A DNA stretch of 64,000 nucleotides from Bacillales bacterium UBA1624 (lineage in GTDB: Bacteria > Bacillota_I > Bacilli_A > RFN20 > CAG-826). Location of the stretch: contig DCMK01000077.1 of NCBI GenBank assembly GCA_002321395.1, forward strand, positions 19,598 to 83,597, written 5' to 3'. Positions 17,547 through 27,526 of this stretch are shown here, piece after piece. The translations under genes and the position numbers were made by a program. The notes beneath the pieces were generated by a model. The model did no database searches and was not told the origin of the DNA. It saw nothing but the letters and a program-made list of their open reading frames with translations. Every line of letters starts with the position of its first letter. The first letter of the stretch is position 1.

Positions 17547-20325
17547 CAGCGTTGTATGCCAAAATGTGAAAAGAAACTTCGGCGAGGAAAGACCGTTGCG
17601 GGGCGTTTCCTTTCGTTTGCCTAAGAAAGGGTTCTTTGGCGTTTTCGGTGCTTCCGGAAGCGGGAAGAGCACGTTGCTGAATATTCTTGGAATGCTTGAT
17701 GATGGTTATGAAGGGGATGTTTTGATCCTTGGGAAGAACCCAAAGAGGATGAGCGAGTCGGAACGGTGCGCGTTCCGCCTCAAGGAAATCGGCTATGTGT
17801 TCCAATCGTTCAACCTCTTGGAGCTGGAAACGGTCGAATTCAATCTTTCGTTGCCCCTTCAGTCCTGCTATCTCGTCAAAAAAAGAAGGCGCGAAGCGAA
17901 AATCCGCGACGCCCTATCTCTTGTTGGCTTGGACGGTTATCAAAAGCGCGTTGTGAATACCCTTTCGGGGGGCGAAAAACAAAGGGTCGCCATTGCCCGG
18001 GCGGTCATGAACAATCCTTCTCTGCTGCTGCTCGATGAGCCAAGCGCCGCTTTGGACCACGAGAACTCCTCTCGTCTTTTTTCCGCTTTGGAAAAGATTT
18101 CTTCCCGCTGCCTCGTTGTTGTCGTGAGCCATGACGTGGATTTGCTTTCCGCTCACGCCGACGCGATTCTTCAGCTAGATCAGGGCCAAATTGCGGGGTT
18201 TTCTTCAAAAAAGGAAGAGTCTTCCCAGAAACATCTTCCCGTAAGGATCCCAGGAAAAGAAAGGGCGCATCCCCGTTTGCCTTTCTTTTCTTTGCTTTTT
18301 CATGCTTGGCATATTTTAAAGAGAAAGAAGTGGCGTTCCTTCTTCACCGAAGGCGCCATCGCCGCAGGCCTGCTTGGCATTGGGATGTCTCTTTATTTGT
18401 CTTTTTCGATCTCTAGCCAAATTGAATCATCCTTTGCTTCGATCGTGCCGGAAAACCGCATCATCATGAAGGGAAAGACAGAAACGGCCTCCCCTTATTC
18501 CAACGTTTATTCTTACTCAATGGCAAGCGCAAAGGCCCTCGTCGCTTCCTATCCCGATGAGCTGTTCGACTATGGGTCGAGTTTTGTTATGAACTTCGAA
18601 GAATGGTTTTCCGACGACAACTTCGTCTATGCCCTCCGCGGTTCGGAGCAAATCCCCTTGATTGGTTTTTCCGCCCGCTCATTCAACGATTATCAATGGC
18701 TCGATTTTGCTGATGGCGATTCTTTCTATCCGAACAAACCGCCTTCCATGGATTTCGACGAGATCATCCTCGGGCTGCCCTATTCGGATATGTTCCAACT
18801 TTGCTTCCGCTTGCAGATTGAGCGGAGCTTCGAAAGCTTGGGCGACTATCTTTCCGATCTTCCTCTGCCCATCGTTTTGCGTCTTTCGCGGTTGGACTAT
18901 GGCTTTCAGGATGAACAAATTTTCAATTTGGTCAGTGTATGTCCTTCCGAAAAAAGAACGATTTACCATTCCGATCATCGATGGGCCCATTCTTTGTTCG
19001 TCGACAAAATGCGCTTTAAGCCCTGGAATGGATCCGAGACCCCTTCCCCTCAAGCGATTTATGAGGTGCCCTACGTTGAGCCTAGGGGCGGTGCCTCCTC
19101 CTTTTTGTCTAAAATTCGGGTCGAGGACAAATACAAAGGCATTGTCTTTCAAAGGGTCTCATCTTTCTTTTTAGGTTCCTTAATGGAAAAAGGGGACGCC
19201 ACGGATATCCGAAGGCTTTATCTGTTTTCCTGCGATTTATCAGGACCCTGCTGGAAGGAGATCGAAGAAGTGTCGTCATCCTCGCCTTTCATTTTGGGGA
19301 GGGATGTTTTGACCCCAGGCGGGTATTTCGCCGATCCGCAATCCCTCGTTTCCGGGTTTTTAAAACACTTGGTTTTCACGCCGAGCGAAGAGGAAGCGAA
19401 GGCAGTGGTGGATTCTTACTCCAGACTGCCGCTCGCCCAAAAAGACGTTCCGATAGAATTGCCGGGATTTTGCAAAGATGTCGGGGTTTTGCAAACTTCT
19501 TTGCCCTTGAGAACCGTTTACGGAGAAAAGGAATTTGACTTTGGCAAGGCGCCGATCAACTATGAAGAAATCGGCGTTTCGTCCGCTTTGTACCGAAATT
19601 GGGGCCAACCGGAGGAAGTCTATGTAGCCACCGAACTTGAAGGAACGGAAGCTGGGGATTTTTACGATCGCGAGTTTTCCCTGAGCAAAGTCAAGGTCAC
19701 CGGGGTGAAAGAAAACGATGTCGAGGCGATTTACCTTTGTTCGGACTGGTCCGCGGACTTTCTTTTTCTCTCCGCCGGGGCGGACCCCTTCTCCCTTCTT
19801 CCGAATGGAGCGATTTTCCAAATCGATGAAGGCGCGGATCTTCCATCCGTTTTGTCTGAGCTTCGCGAATCCTTCCCAAAATTCCGATTCGGTTCCCCGA
19901 CGCTTGAGGTTTCCTCCGCAATCGAAAGTTCCTTGGGTTATATCAAAAAGGTTTTGGCGTTCTTCGCCGCGTTTGCTTTTCTTTTGTCGTTTCTTCTTTC
20001 CACGATCGTTTTGGGGATCACGCTCAAGGAAAACGGGAAAGAAGCGCGGCTGCTGTTCGCAATGGGGGCGGACAGGAAGCAATTGTCGAAGGCACTGCTA
20101 TGCCACATCTTGCTGTCCTTGGGGGCGGCTTTGGTTTCATCCTGTCTTTCCCTTTTGGCCTTAGAAGCGGTGGTCAGCATATATTTGGCCCGCTCCTTCG
20201 GAACGCCGATCCGGTTGGGGCTTTCCTTGCTTCCTTTATGGGGATGCTTGGGCTGTTCCTGCGTTTTCCTCCTTTGTTTCTATGTTTTGATTTCATTTCG
20301 CCTAAGGCGCAGCAAAATTTGGTAA
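17539..20325 (+). CDS. Fused ABC ATPase / FtsX-type permease (MacB-like) with a very large extracytoplasmic domain
   Basis: N-terminal Walker A GASGSGKST, LSGGEKQRVAIARAV, LLLDEPSAALD; TM1 near aa 265, an extracellular region of about 500 aa, three TM helices at the C-terminus; 928 aa. Confidence 0.8.
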   Translation: MNDSVVCQNVKRNFGEERPLRGVSFRLPKKGFFGVFGASGSGKSTLLNILGMLDDGYEGDVLILGKNPKRMSESERCAFRLKEIGYVFQSFNLLELETVEFNLSLPLQSCYLVKKRRREAKIRDALSLVGLDGYQKRVVNTLSGGEKQRVAIARAVMNNPSLLLLDEPSAALDHENSSRLFSALEKISSRCLVVVVSHDVDLLSAHADAILQLDQGQIAGFSSKKEESSQKHLPVRIPGKERAHPRLPFFSLLFHAWHILKRKKWRSFFTEGAIAAGLLGIGMSLYLSFSISSQIESSFASIVPENRIIMKGKTETASPYSNVYSYSMASAKALVASYPDELFDYGSSFVMNFEEWFSDDNFVYALRGSEQIPLIGFSARSFNDYQWLDFADGDSFYPNKPPSMDFDEIILGLPYSDMFQLCFRLQIERSFESLGDYLSDLPLPIVLRLSRLDYGFQDEQIFNLVSVCPSEKRTIYHSDHRWAHSLFVDKMRFKPWNGSETPSPQAIYEVPYVEPRGGASSFLSKIRVEDKYKGIVFQRVSSFFLGSLMEKGDATDIRRLYLFSCDLSGPCWKEIEEVSSSSPFILGRDVLTPGGYFADPQSLVSGFLKHLVFTPSEEEAKAVVDSYSRLPLAQKDVPIELPGFCKDVGVLQTSLPLRTVYGEKEFDFGKAPINYEEIGVSSALYRNWGQPEEVYVATELEGTEAGDFYDREFSLSKVKVTGVKENDVEAIYLCSDWSADFLFLSAGADPFSLLPNGAIFQIDEGADLPSVLSELRESFPKFRFGSPTLEVSSAIESSLGYIKKVLAFFAAFAFLLSFLLSTIVLGITLKENGKEARLLFAMGADRKQLSKALLCHILLSLGAALVSSCLSLLALEAVVSIYLARSFGTPIRLGLSLLPLWGCLGCSCVFLLCFYVLISFRLRRSKIW

Positions 20326-20418
20326 AAAGCTATGTTTCCAAGCAAGGGAAAAGGTGCTAATATCATGCACAGCCAAACAACCTTTTGAGGCGTTATGGCT
20401 AGGAAGGTTAGGAGTCTC

Positions 20419-20619
20419 ATGAAGGGAACAGTTAAAATGTTCAACAAAGAGAAGGGTTATGGTTTTATTCATGCCGAAGACAACCAGGACTACTTCTTCC
20501 ACTACTCTGCTCTTCTGATGGACGACTACAAGACCGCCGAACCCGGCGAGCATGTAGAGTTCGAAATCGAAGAGTCTCAGCGTGGGCCGCGTGCTAAGAA
20601 CGTTAAGAAAGTCGACTAA
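20419..20619 (+). CDS. csp: Cold shock protein (CspA family)
   Basis: MKGTVKMFNKEKGYGFI...FHYSAL are RNP1/RNP2 motifs; 66 aa. Confidence 0.92.
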   Translation: MKGTVKMFNKEKGYGFIHAEDNQDYFFHYSALLMDDYKTAEPGEHVEFEIEESQRGPRAKNVKKVD

Positions 20620-20637
20620 TTTAACCTAGCTGGTTAC

Positions 20638-20666
20638 GCCTCCGAGTCTCTCGGAGGCCTTTTTTG
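20638..20666 (+). terminator. rho-independent terminator after csp
   Basis: GCCTCCGAGtctcTCGGAGGC then TTTTTTG. Confidence 0.65.
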
Positions 20667-20735
20667 TTCTCTTCTTCTTTTTCACGCGCGCGCAAAGCGC
20701 TAAAATGCTCGTGCCATTTTTAGGAAGTAAACGTT

Positions 20736-21851
20736 ATGCCATTAAAAGCTGGAATCGTTGGGCTCCCCAACGTTGGAAAATCTACCCTATTCAACGCGAT
20801 CACCAATTCTCACGTTGAAGCTGCGAATTATCCTTTCGCGACCATCAAACCGAACACGGGCGTCGTCATCGTCCCGGATGAGAGGCTCGATTTCCTTTGC
20901 GATATGTTCCATCCCGCCCGCAAAGTCAATGCGACCTTCGATTTCTATGATATCGCAGGCCTTGTCAAAGGCGCCTCCAAAGGGGAAGGGCTCGGCAACC
21001 AGTTCTTGGCGGCCATCCGTGAATGCGACGCCATCTGCGAGGTCGTCCGATGCTTTGATTCCAATGAAATCATCCACGTGGAGAACACGGTCGATCCCTC
21101 CCGCGACATCGGCATCATCGATCTTGAGTTGGCCATGGCCGATTACGAAAGCGTGCAAAACCGCATTGCGAAGCAGGGCATTAAAGCCCGCGTCGCCCAT
21201 GACAAGGTCGCTCAATACGAAATGGCCATTCTCTCTCCCCTTGAGAAATGGCTGGGGGAGGGGAAGCCCGCCCGCACTTGCCCGGAATTGAGCGAAGAGC
21301 AAAAAGAGTACGCCAAGAAAAACTTCTTCCTGCTTTCGGCCAAACCCATCATTTACGTCGCCAACGTTGCCGATTCGGACTACACCGACCTCGACCACTG
21401 CGCTTATTACCAAACCGTCTGCCGCATCGCTGCGGAGCAGCATGCGCAGTGCATCCCCGTTTCCTGCGAAATCGAATATGAGATCTCTCAGCTTGGGCCT
21501 CAGGAGAAAAAAGAATTCCTGGAAACCCTCGGGGCCAGCGAAAGCGGGCTCGACAAGCTGGTCAAAGCCGCTTATAAGCTTCTGAATTTGTCGACCTTCT
21601 TCACTTGCGGGACCGATGAATGCCGCGCCTGGACGTTCGTGAATGGGATGAGCGCCCCGGAGTGTGCCGGCATCATCCATACCGATTTCCAAAAAGGCTT
21701 CATCAAAGCGGAATGCTATGACTTCGAAGTCCTGAAGGAGCTCGGCTCGGAAGCGGCCGTGAAAGAAGCCGGAAAGCTTCGCCAAGAAGGAAAGGATTAT
21801 CGGATGAAGGACGGAGACGTCGTCTTCTTCCGATTCAACGTCACGAAATGA
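20736..21851 (+). CDS. ychF: Ribosome-binding ATPase YchF
   Basis: [17 protein letters not shown]1 motif, a TGS domain at the C-terminus; 371 aa. Confidence 0.95.
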   Translation: MPLKAGIVGLPNVGKSTLFNAITNSHVEAANYPFATIKPNTGVVIVPDERLDFLCDMFHPARKVNATFDFYDIAGLVKGASKGEGLGNQFLAAIRECDAICEVVRCFDSNEIIHVENTVDPSRDIGIIDLELAMADYESVQNRIAKQGIKARVAHDKVAQYEMAILSPLEKWLGEGKPARTCPELSEEQKEYAKKNFFLLSAKPIIYVANVADSDYTDLDHCAYYQTVCRIAAEQHAQCIPVSCEIEYEISQLGPQEKKEFLETLGASESGLDKLVKAAYKLLNLSTFFTCGTDECRAWTFVNGMSAPECAGIIHTDFQKGFIKAECYDFEVLKELGSEAAVKEAGKLRQEGKDYRMKDGDVVFFRFNVTK

Positions 21852-22369
21852 GCGACATCCGCATCGGAATCGGCGAGGACATCCACCGCCTCGCTCCGGG
21901 GAAGAAACTCGTTTTGGGCGGGATGGAAATCCCATATTCGAAAGGCCTCCTCGCCCATAGCGATGGGGACGTCGTCTATCACGCCGTCAGCGATGCCCTT
22001 TTGGGGGCCTTGGCCTTGGGCGACATCGGAAAGCACTTCCGAACCGACGACCCAAAATGGGACGGCGCCCCCAGCAGGATCATTGTCTCCGAAGTCATGA
22101 AACTGGTCGGCGAGGCGGGGTACCGAGTTGGGAACCTCGATGTCGTCATCTTGGCGGAGGAACCGCATTTATCCCCTTACGTCGAAGGGATGCGCGTGAA
22201 TTTGGCCTTCCTCCTGAACGTTCCCATGAACCGAGTCGGCATCCAAGTCGGAACCGATGAAGGCTTAGGGGAAGTGGGTAGGAAAGAAGGGATTCGCGCG
22301 CGAGCATCCGTTCTGCTATTCGAAAAAGAAGAAAGAGAGGAAAAAACATGGACAACGACATCCGATTGA
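21848..22369 (+). CDS. ispF: 2-C-methyl-D-erythritol 2,4-cyclodiphosphate synthase
   Basis: IGIGEDIHRL...AHSDGDVVYHAVSDALLGA...LGDIGKHF. Confidence 0.9.
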   Translation: MSDIRIGIGEDIHRLAPGKKLVLGGMEIPYSKGLLAHSDGDVVYHAVSDALLGALALGDIGKHFRTDDPKWDGAPSRIIVSEVMKLVGEAGYRVGNLDVVILAEEPHLSPYVEGMRVNLAFLLNVPMNRVGIQVGTDEGLGEVGRKEGIRARASVLLFEKEEREEKTWTTTSD

Positions 22370-23976
22370 AACAAGCTTTGCTGCCCTTGCTGGCCGAACT
22401 CGGCGTTCCGGCTCAGGAAAGCGACATCGTCATCGAAAGAAGCCGCGATGCTTCCCATGGCGATTACGCGACCAATTGCGCGATGAAATTCGCGAAGAAA
22501 ATCGGGAAGAATCCCCGTGAATTGGCGGGGATCATCGCCGATAAGCTGAAACTCGATTTCGTCGAGAAAGTGGAAATCGCTGGACCGGGCTTCATCAACT
22601 TCTTCTTGAAGCATGGGGCTTTGACGGATATTCTGCCCCGGATTTTCGAACAAAAATCCTCCTTTGGGCGCGCGGAGAGGAACGGTCAGAAGATCGACAT
22701 CGAATACGTTTCCGCCAACCCGACGGGCGACCTTCACCTTGGCCATACCCGCTGCGCAGCGGTCGGAGACGTCATCTCCTCCCTCCTTGATTGGGCCGGA
22801 TATGACGTCACTCGCGAATATTACGTCAACGACTGCGGCAACCAAGTCGAGCATTTGGGGCACTCTATCCGCGCTCGTTACCACGAAGCCTTCGGAGAAC
22901 CTTTGGATTTGGCGGAGGACGACTATCACGGCACCGACTTGATCGCGATCGCGAACCAAATCAAAAGCCAATACGGGGACAAGTACCTTGCTGATAGCCA
23001 AGAATCCCATGATTTCTTCATCCGCTTCGGCATCGATGCTGAGTTGAAGAAGATTTGGGACGATTTGGCCGCCTTCCGCGTCCATTTCGACAAAGTCAGC
23101 TACGAAAGCGACATCCGCAAGGGCGGGACCATCGAAAAGACCGTCGCGAAGCTCCGCGAAAAGGGCTATGTCTATGAAAAGGATGGGGCGACTTATTTGG
23201 CCACCAGCAAATTCGTGGACGATAAGGACCGGCCCATCATTAAATCCGATGGGCTTTACACTTATTTCATGCCCGACATTTGCTATCACTACAACAAGAT
23301 GGACCGTGGTTACGATCATCTTATTGACGTTTTGGGGGCCGACCACCATGGCTACATTGGCCGCATGAAGAGCGCCTTGATGATGGGAGGGTATCCCGAA
23401 GACTGTTTGGAAGCCCAATTCGTCCAAGTCGTCCGCGTTTACCGTGATGGCCAGGAAGTGAAAATGAGCAAGAGGACTGGGAAGGCCATCGCCCATCGCG
23501 AGCTTATCGAAGACGTCGGCGTCGACGCGGTTCGCTACTTCTTCGTCGAGCGCAGCGCTTCCAGCCATTTGGACTTCAATTACAACCTCGCGATGGAACA
23601 AAGCTCCAGCAATCCGGTCTTCTATTGCCAATATGCCCATGCTCGGTGCGCTTCGCTTCTGAAATTGGGGGAGGGGATTCCTCTTGATGAGAGCGGGAAG
23701 ATGCTCAAAGAGCCCCAAGAATTCGCCATTTTGAAACATTTGGCTGATTTTCCGAGTATGATAGAGTCCGCCGCGAAGGAGCGTGAGCCCGCCAAAATGG
23801 CCGCCTACGTTCACAAACTCGCTGGTTTGGTCCATGAATTCTACGCTTCTTGCCGAATCATCGACCGCGATAACTTAGACTTGACCTCTTCACGCCTTGG
23901 ACTTATAAAGGCTTGCGAGATCGTCTTGGAAAATGGGCTCGGGATCCTTGGGGTCTCCGCTCCGGAAAAAATGTGA
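22348..23976 (+). CDS. argS: Arginine--tRNA ligase
   Basis: The sequence SANPTGDLHLGHTRCA contains the HIGH class-I motif; KMSK-like MSKRTG; 542 aa. Confidence 0.95.
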   Translation: MDNDIRLKQALLPLLAELGVPAQESDIVIERSRDASHGDYATNCAMKFAKKIGKNPRELAGIIADKLKLDFVEKVEIAGPGFINFFLKHGALTDILPRIFEQKSSFGRAERNGQKIDIEYVSANPTGDLHLGHTRCAAVGDVISSLLDWAGYDVTREYYVNDCGNQVEHLGHSIRARYHEAFGEPLDLAEDDYHGTDLIAIANQIKSQYGDKYLADSQESHDFFIRFGIDAELKKIWDDLAAFRVHFDKVSYESDIRKGGTIEKTVAKLREKGYVYEKDGATYLATSKFVDDKDRPIIKSDGLYTYFMPDICYHYNKMDRGYDHLIDVLGADHHGYIGRMKSALMMGGYPEDCLEAQFVQVVRVYRDGQEVKMSKRTGKAIAHRELIEDVGVDAVRYFFVERSASSHLDFNYNLAMEQSSSNPVFYCQYAHARCASLLKLGEGIPLDESGKMLKEPQEFAILKHLADFPSMIESAAKEREPAKMAAYVHKLAGLVHEFYASCRIIDRDNLDLTSSRLGLIKACEIVLENGLGILGVSAPEKM

Positions 23977-23990
23977 AAGGAAAAAACGCA

Positions 23991-24416
23991 ATGAAAAACG
24001 AATCCATGATCGACGCCGCCTACTCGATTCTCGCCGCTTCGGAAGGCCCCATCTCCTTCAAAGAACTTTGGGAAAAAATCAAAGCAGCTTTGGAAATCGG
24101 ACCGGATGAGGAAGCTTCCCGCATTGGCCATTTCTACACCGACATCTCTTTGGATGGGCGCTTTGTGGAAGGGAAAGACAACACTTGGAATCTCCGTTCC
24201 CGCACCCCTTATGACAATGTGCACATTGATATGTCCGACGTTTACACCGATCTCAGCGAATCCGATATGGACGATGCCGATAAGGCCGAAGACGCCGCCT
24301 ATGACGCTTCCGTTCAAGGGGCCGTCCTTTCGGAGGAACCGGAACCCGAAGAAGGGGAAGAGGCTTCTCATAAACCCGAAACCGCAGAAGATCTTGGCCT
24401 TAAGGATATCGCCTGA
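23991..24416 (+). CDS. rpoE: DNA-directed RNA polymerase subunit delta
   Basis: N-terminal HARE-HTH (MIDAAYSILAASEGPISFKELWEKI) and a C-terminal acidic tail (DMDDADKAEDAAYD...EEPEPEEGEE). Confidence 0.8.
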   Translation: MKNESMIDAAYSILAASEGPISFKELWEKIKAALEIGPDEEASRIGHFYTDISLDGRFVEGKDNTWNLRSRTPYDNVHIDMSDVYTDLSESDMDDADKAEDAAYDASVQGAVLSEEPEPEEGEEASHKPETAEDLGLKDIA

Positions 24417-24499
24417 ATCGAAAGTCAACGGAGCGCCTGCGAAACGTAGGCGCTTTTTCTTTCCCTTTTCGCGAAAAGAAGGTATCTTATAAAGCTTTT

Positions 24500-25456
24500 A
24501 TGGCCACCTTTCAAGAATTGCTCGAAACTATAAAAAAAGAAAGTACCATCACGATTTGGGGCCACGCCATCCCCGACGGGGATTGCTATGGAAGCCAAAT
24601 TGGCTTGCGAGAGATCCTGCGGGCCAATTTTCCGAACAAAAAGGTTTACGCCATCGGGAGCGGGATCCCCGCTTTGTTCTCGCGCCTTTCACCCATGGAT
24701 TCCGTGGACGAGGAAACCATCGCTTCCTCCTTGGCGATATTGGTCGACGTATCCTGCTTAAGGCGGGTCGAAGACAAGCGCGTATTCCTCGCGAAGAAAT
24801 TCGCGAAGTTCGATCATCACGACCCCAATAAACGCGGGGAAGATTTCCCCTATCCCGATTTCTGCGTGGATCCTCGCAAAATCGCCTGCGCCGAATTGAT
24901 CGAAAACTTCGCGTTCTTCAATCATCTGAAACTTACAAAATTGGCCGCAGAAGCCCTTTATACCGGTATTTTTACCGACTCCGGATGCTTTCGGTTTTAT
25001 GGGACGAACCAAGGAACCTTCCAGGCGGTCCGCCGCTTAGCCAAAGAAGGGATCGACCCTCTTTCGATTCGAGCGATTCTTGAACGGGAGTCGGAAAACG
25101 TAAGACGTTTCAAAGCCTTTTTACGCTCGAAAGTCCAAAAGACGAAGGATGTTACGTATGTGATAATTGGCCCCAAGGATTATCTTTCTTTTGGGCTTTC
25201 TTTCGAAGAAGCGGGGTCGTTTGTGAACGCGATCGAATCCGTGGAATCTCCTAACATTTATTGCCTGTTCGTGGAAGACGGGAAAGGCGAATACCGCGGC
25301 GAGCTGCGTTCGAACAAGGGCTATCCCGTTCAGCCTACGGCGACCCATTTCCATGGAGGCGGGCATCTTTTCGCCTCGGGGACAAGCACTTACAGCGAAG
25401 AGGAATGCCGGAAAGTCGTCGAAGAGCTGACGCGGGTCAAAAAGCTTCCGTTATAA
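24500..25456 (+). CDS. nrnA: DHH/DHHA1 phosphoesterase (NrnA-like oligoribonuclease / pAp phosphatase)
   Basis: IWGHAIPDGDCYGSQ and KFDHHD DHH motifs, GGGH DHHA1 motif near the C-terminus. Confidence 0.8.
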   Translation: MATFQELLETIKKESTITIWGHAIPDGDCYGSQIGLREILRANFPNKKVYAIGSGIPALFSRLSPMDSVDEETIASSLAILVDVSCLRRVEDKRVFLAKKFAKFDHHDPNKRGEDFPYPDFCVDPRKIACAELIENFAFFNHLKLTKLAAEALYTGIFTDSGCFRFYGTNQGTFQAVRRLAKEGIDPLSIRAILERESENVRRFKAFLRSKVQKTKDVTYVIIGPKDYLSFGLSFEEAGSFVNAIESVESPNIYCLFVEDGKGEYRGELRSNKGYPVQPTATHFHGGGHLFASGTSTYSEEECRKVVEELTRVKKLPL

Positions 25457-25475
25457 TTCCCTCGGAGGGAAAAAG

Positions 25476-26261
25476 ATGTATCAAAAAGAACTGTCCGAAG
25501 CCATTGGCGCGGCGAAAGAAGCCGCTACAAAGATTTTGGAGATTTACCATTCTGATTTCGAGGTCGAAATCAAAAGCGACGATTCTCCGGTTACGAATGC
25601 GGATAAGACTGCGGATGAGATGATTCGCTCCCGCCTGAAACGCACTTTCCCCGAATATGGATTCTTGACCGAGGAAAGCAGGGATACGAAAGAGCGCCTA
25701 TCGAAAAAAGCGGTTTGGATTATTGACCCAGTGGATGGGACCAAAGAATTCGTTTCGCGGAATGGGCAATTCACGACCAACATCGCTTTGGCGGTGGACG
25801 GGCAGGTTGTCGTTGGAGTGATCAACGTTCCGGTTCTTGGTTTGCTTTATTATGCGGTGAAAGGAGAAGGAGCTTATCGGATGGACGGAAACGGGAATTG
25901 CGTTCGAATCCATTGCTCCGATCGCGATTCCAAGCTTCGCGCAGTGCGCTCGATTTCCTTTTTCAACGAAAAAGAGAAAGCTTTCTACAAGTCCCATGCG
26001 GACTGCTTCGAAGGGGAGGCTGTCCCCATCGGCGCGGCCAATAAATTCTGTGTCATCGCCGAAGGCAAATACGATTTCTTCTACCGCATGTCTTCAGGAA
26101 CCAAGGAATGGGACGTCGCGGCAGGAGACCTTCTGATCCAAGAAGCGGGAGGCGCTATGGTTCAGCCCGATGGAACGGCATTCCATTACAATCGCGAGGA
26201 TGTTTATAACCGTCAGGGATACATTATCGCCAACAAAAAGGAGAACCTGATTCTCAAATAA
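25476..26261 (+). CDS. Inositol monophosphatase family / 3'(2'),5'-bisphosphate nucleotidase (CysQ-like)
   Basis: WIIDPVDGTKEF and WDVAAG motifs of the IMPase/FIG superfamily. Confidence 0.75.
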   Translation: MYQKELSEAIGAAKEAATKILEIYHSDFEVEIKSDDSPVTNADKTADEMIRSRLKRTFPEYGFLTEESRDTKERLSKKAVWIIDPVDGTKEFVSRNGQFTTNIALAVDGQVVVGVINVPVLGLLYYAVKGEGAYRMDGNGNCVRIHCSDRDSKLRAVRSISFFNEKEKAFYKSHADCFEGEAVPIGAANKFCVIAEGKYDFFYRMSSGTKEWDVAAGDLLIQEAGGAMVQPDGTAFHYNREDVYNRQGYIIANKKENLILK

Positions 26262-26286
26262 GGGTTCCGTCCATCAACGAAGCCGT

Positions 26287-26312
26287 TCCGCGAATTTCGC
26301 GGGGCGGTTTTT
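26287..26312 (+). terminator. rho-independent terminator
   Basis: CCGCGAATTTCGCGG hairpin, then GGCGG and TTTTTT. Confidence 0.5.
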
Positions 26313-26437
26313 TAACGGAATCGCCAGCCATGGATTTTGATTATCCCGTTATTTCTTTAAAGAAGTCGAATTTGCGAAAGACGAGGCTTGTTCTTTGAAT
26401 GAAAAGCATTATTCTTGTTCCTAGAAAGGAAAAATTC

Positions 26438-26674
26438 ATGAAATTCTTCAATAGCTTGCCCAGGATCGTCCAATTCATTTTGCTCTTGATCCCTGGCGTC
26501 AACTGGGTTGTCGAACTTGTCGTTCGTATCACCGCTGTCGTTGAAAAGCCGAAAGGAACTCACAACATCCTTGGCCTTGTGTTGGCCATCATTCCGTTCA
26601 CCGGAACGATCCTTGGATACGCTGATTTGGTTTGGGTTCTTCTCTATAAGCACCTTCTTTGGGCCAACGACTAA
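26438..26674 (+). CDS. Small hydrophobic membrane protein (2 TM), unknown function
   Basis: 78 aa; two hydrophobic segments; the RBS-like AGGAAAA precedes the ATG. Confidence 0.4.
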   Translation: MKFFNSLPRIVQFILLLIPGVNWVVELVVRITAVVEKPKGTHNILGLVLAIIPFTGTILGYADLVWVLLYKHLLWAND

Positions 26675-26692
26675 TCCACGCGGAAAAGTGAA

Positions 26693-26716
26693 GAGGGGGA
26701 GCTCCCCTCTTTTTCT
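26693..26716 (+). terminator. rho-independent terminator
   Basis: GAGGGGGAGCTCCCCTC palindrome, then TTTTTC. Confidence 0.6.
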
Positions 26717-26851
26717 TTCATCGGTGGTCCAAATTCCGTAAAATGATGAGGACGTATGTTAAATGCAACCATTAGTTGCGAAAAGCAAAGCCGATTTGGC
26801 GGCATGTTTTGGCAAAAGAAGATAAAGTAAAATCAAGAAAGGATTGTTCCT

Positions 26852-27496
26852 ATGACATCAATCGAATTTGGAAATCGACTTGCCGATCTGAGGAAGGGGA
26901 AAGGCTATAGCCAAGATGATTTGGCGGAAAAGCTTGGAGTCTCCCGCCAAGCGATTTCGAAGTGGGAGAGGGGGGAGGCCACCCCAGATACTACTAACCT
27001 CATCGCACTGGCCTCGCTTTATGGGACTTCCTTGGATAGCCTTGTTTTCGACAAGCCGGGGAAGAACTTGAACGAAGAAGACACTGAAGAAAGCCAAAGC
27101 TCGGTTGAATCCGCCCAGGATGGAAAGAAACAGGAAGGGGCCAAAAGGAAGAAGCTTAAAAAAATAGGAGGTCTCGTCACTGCTTGTTTAGCCCTTACGA
27201 TTACGGCGGCTTATGTCACACTTGGTTGCCTCTTTGATTCCGTTTTGCCTGACCCTTGGGTTTGGAAGATTGGCTGGATTTTCTACTTACTGATTCCCGC
27301 TTGGTCTTCGGTCTTCGAATTTGTCTGCACGAAAGACTACAAAACTTTAATGGGTTTGACGACCGCCGTTTCCGTCTTCGCCTACATGATCCTTGGGATG
27401 CAGTTTGGGTATTGGCATCCCGGTTGGGTTGTCTTCTTATTGATCCCCGTCACTTCCGTGGTTTTCGAAGCGCTTAATAGAGGCGCAAAAAAATAG
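26852..27496 (+). CDS. XRE-family HTH transcriptional regulator with a C-terminal multi-TM domain
   Basis: LGVSRQAISKWERGEATPD HTH_XRE motif; an acidic linker; four predicted TM segments. Confidence 0.7.
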   Translation: MTSIEFGNRLADLRKGKGYSQDDLAEKLGVSRQAISKWERGEATPDTTNLIALASLYGTSLDSLVFDKPGKNLNEEDTEESQSSVESAQDGKKQEGAKRKKLKKIGGLVTACLALTITAAYVTLGCLFDSVLPDPWVWKIGWIFYLLIPAWSSVFEFVCTKDYKTLMGLTTAVSVFAYMILGMQFGYWHPGWVVFLLIPVTSVVFEALNRGAKK

Positions 27497-27526
27497 TATT
27501 TTTGCAAAGATATAGGAAAAAGGGAT

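Noticed and set aside
20787-21935. 382-aa ORF on the minus strand
   Set aside because: Antisense to ychF and ispF, with low-complexity composition.
22177-23835. 552-aa ORF on the minus strand
   Set aside because: Antisense shadow of argS. argS carries clear class-I aaRS motifs and the shadow ORF carries none.
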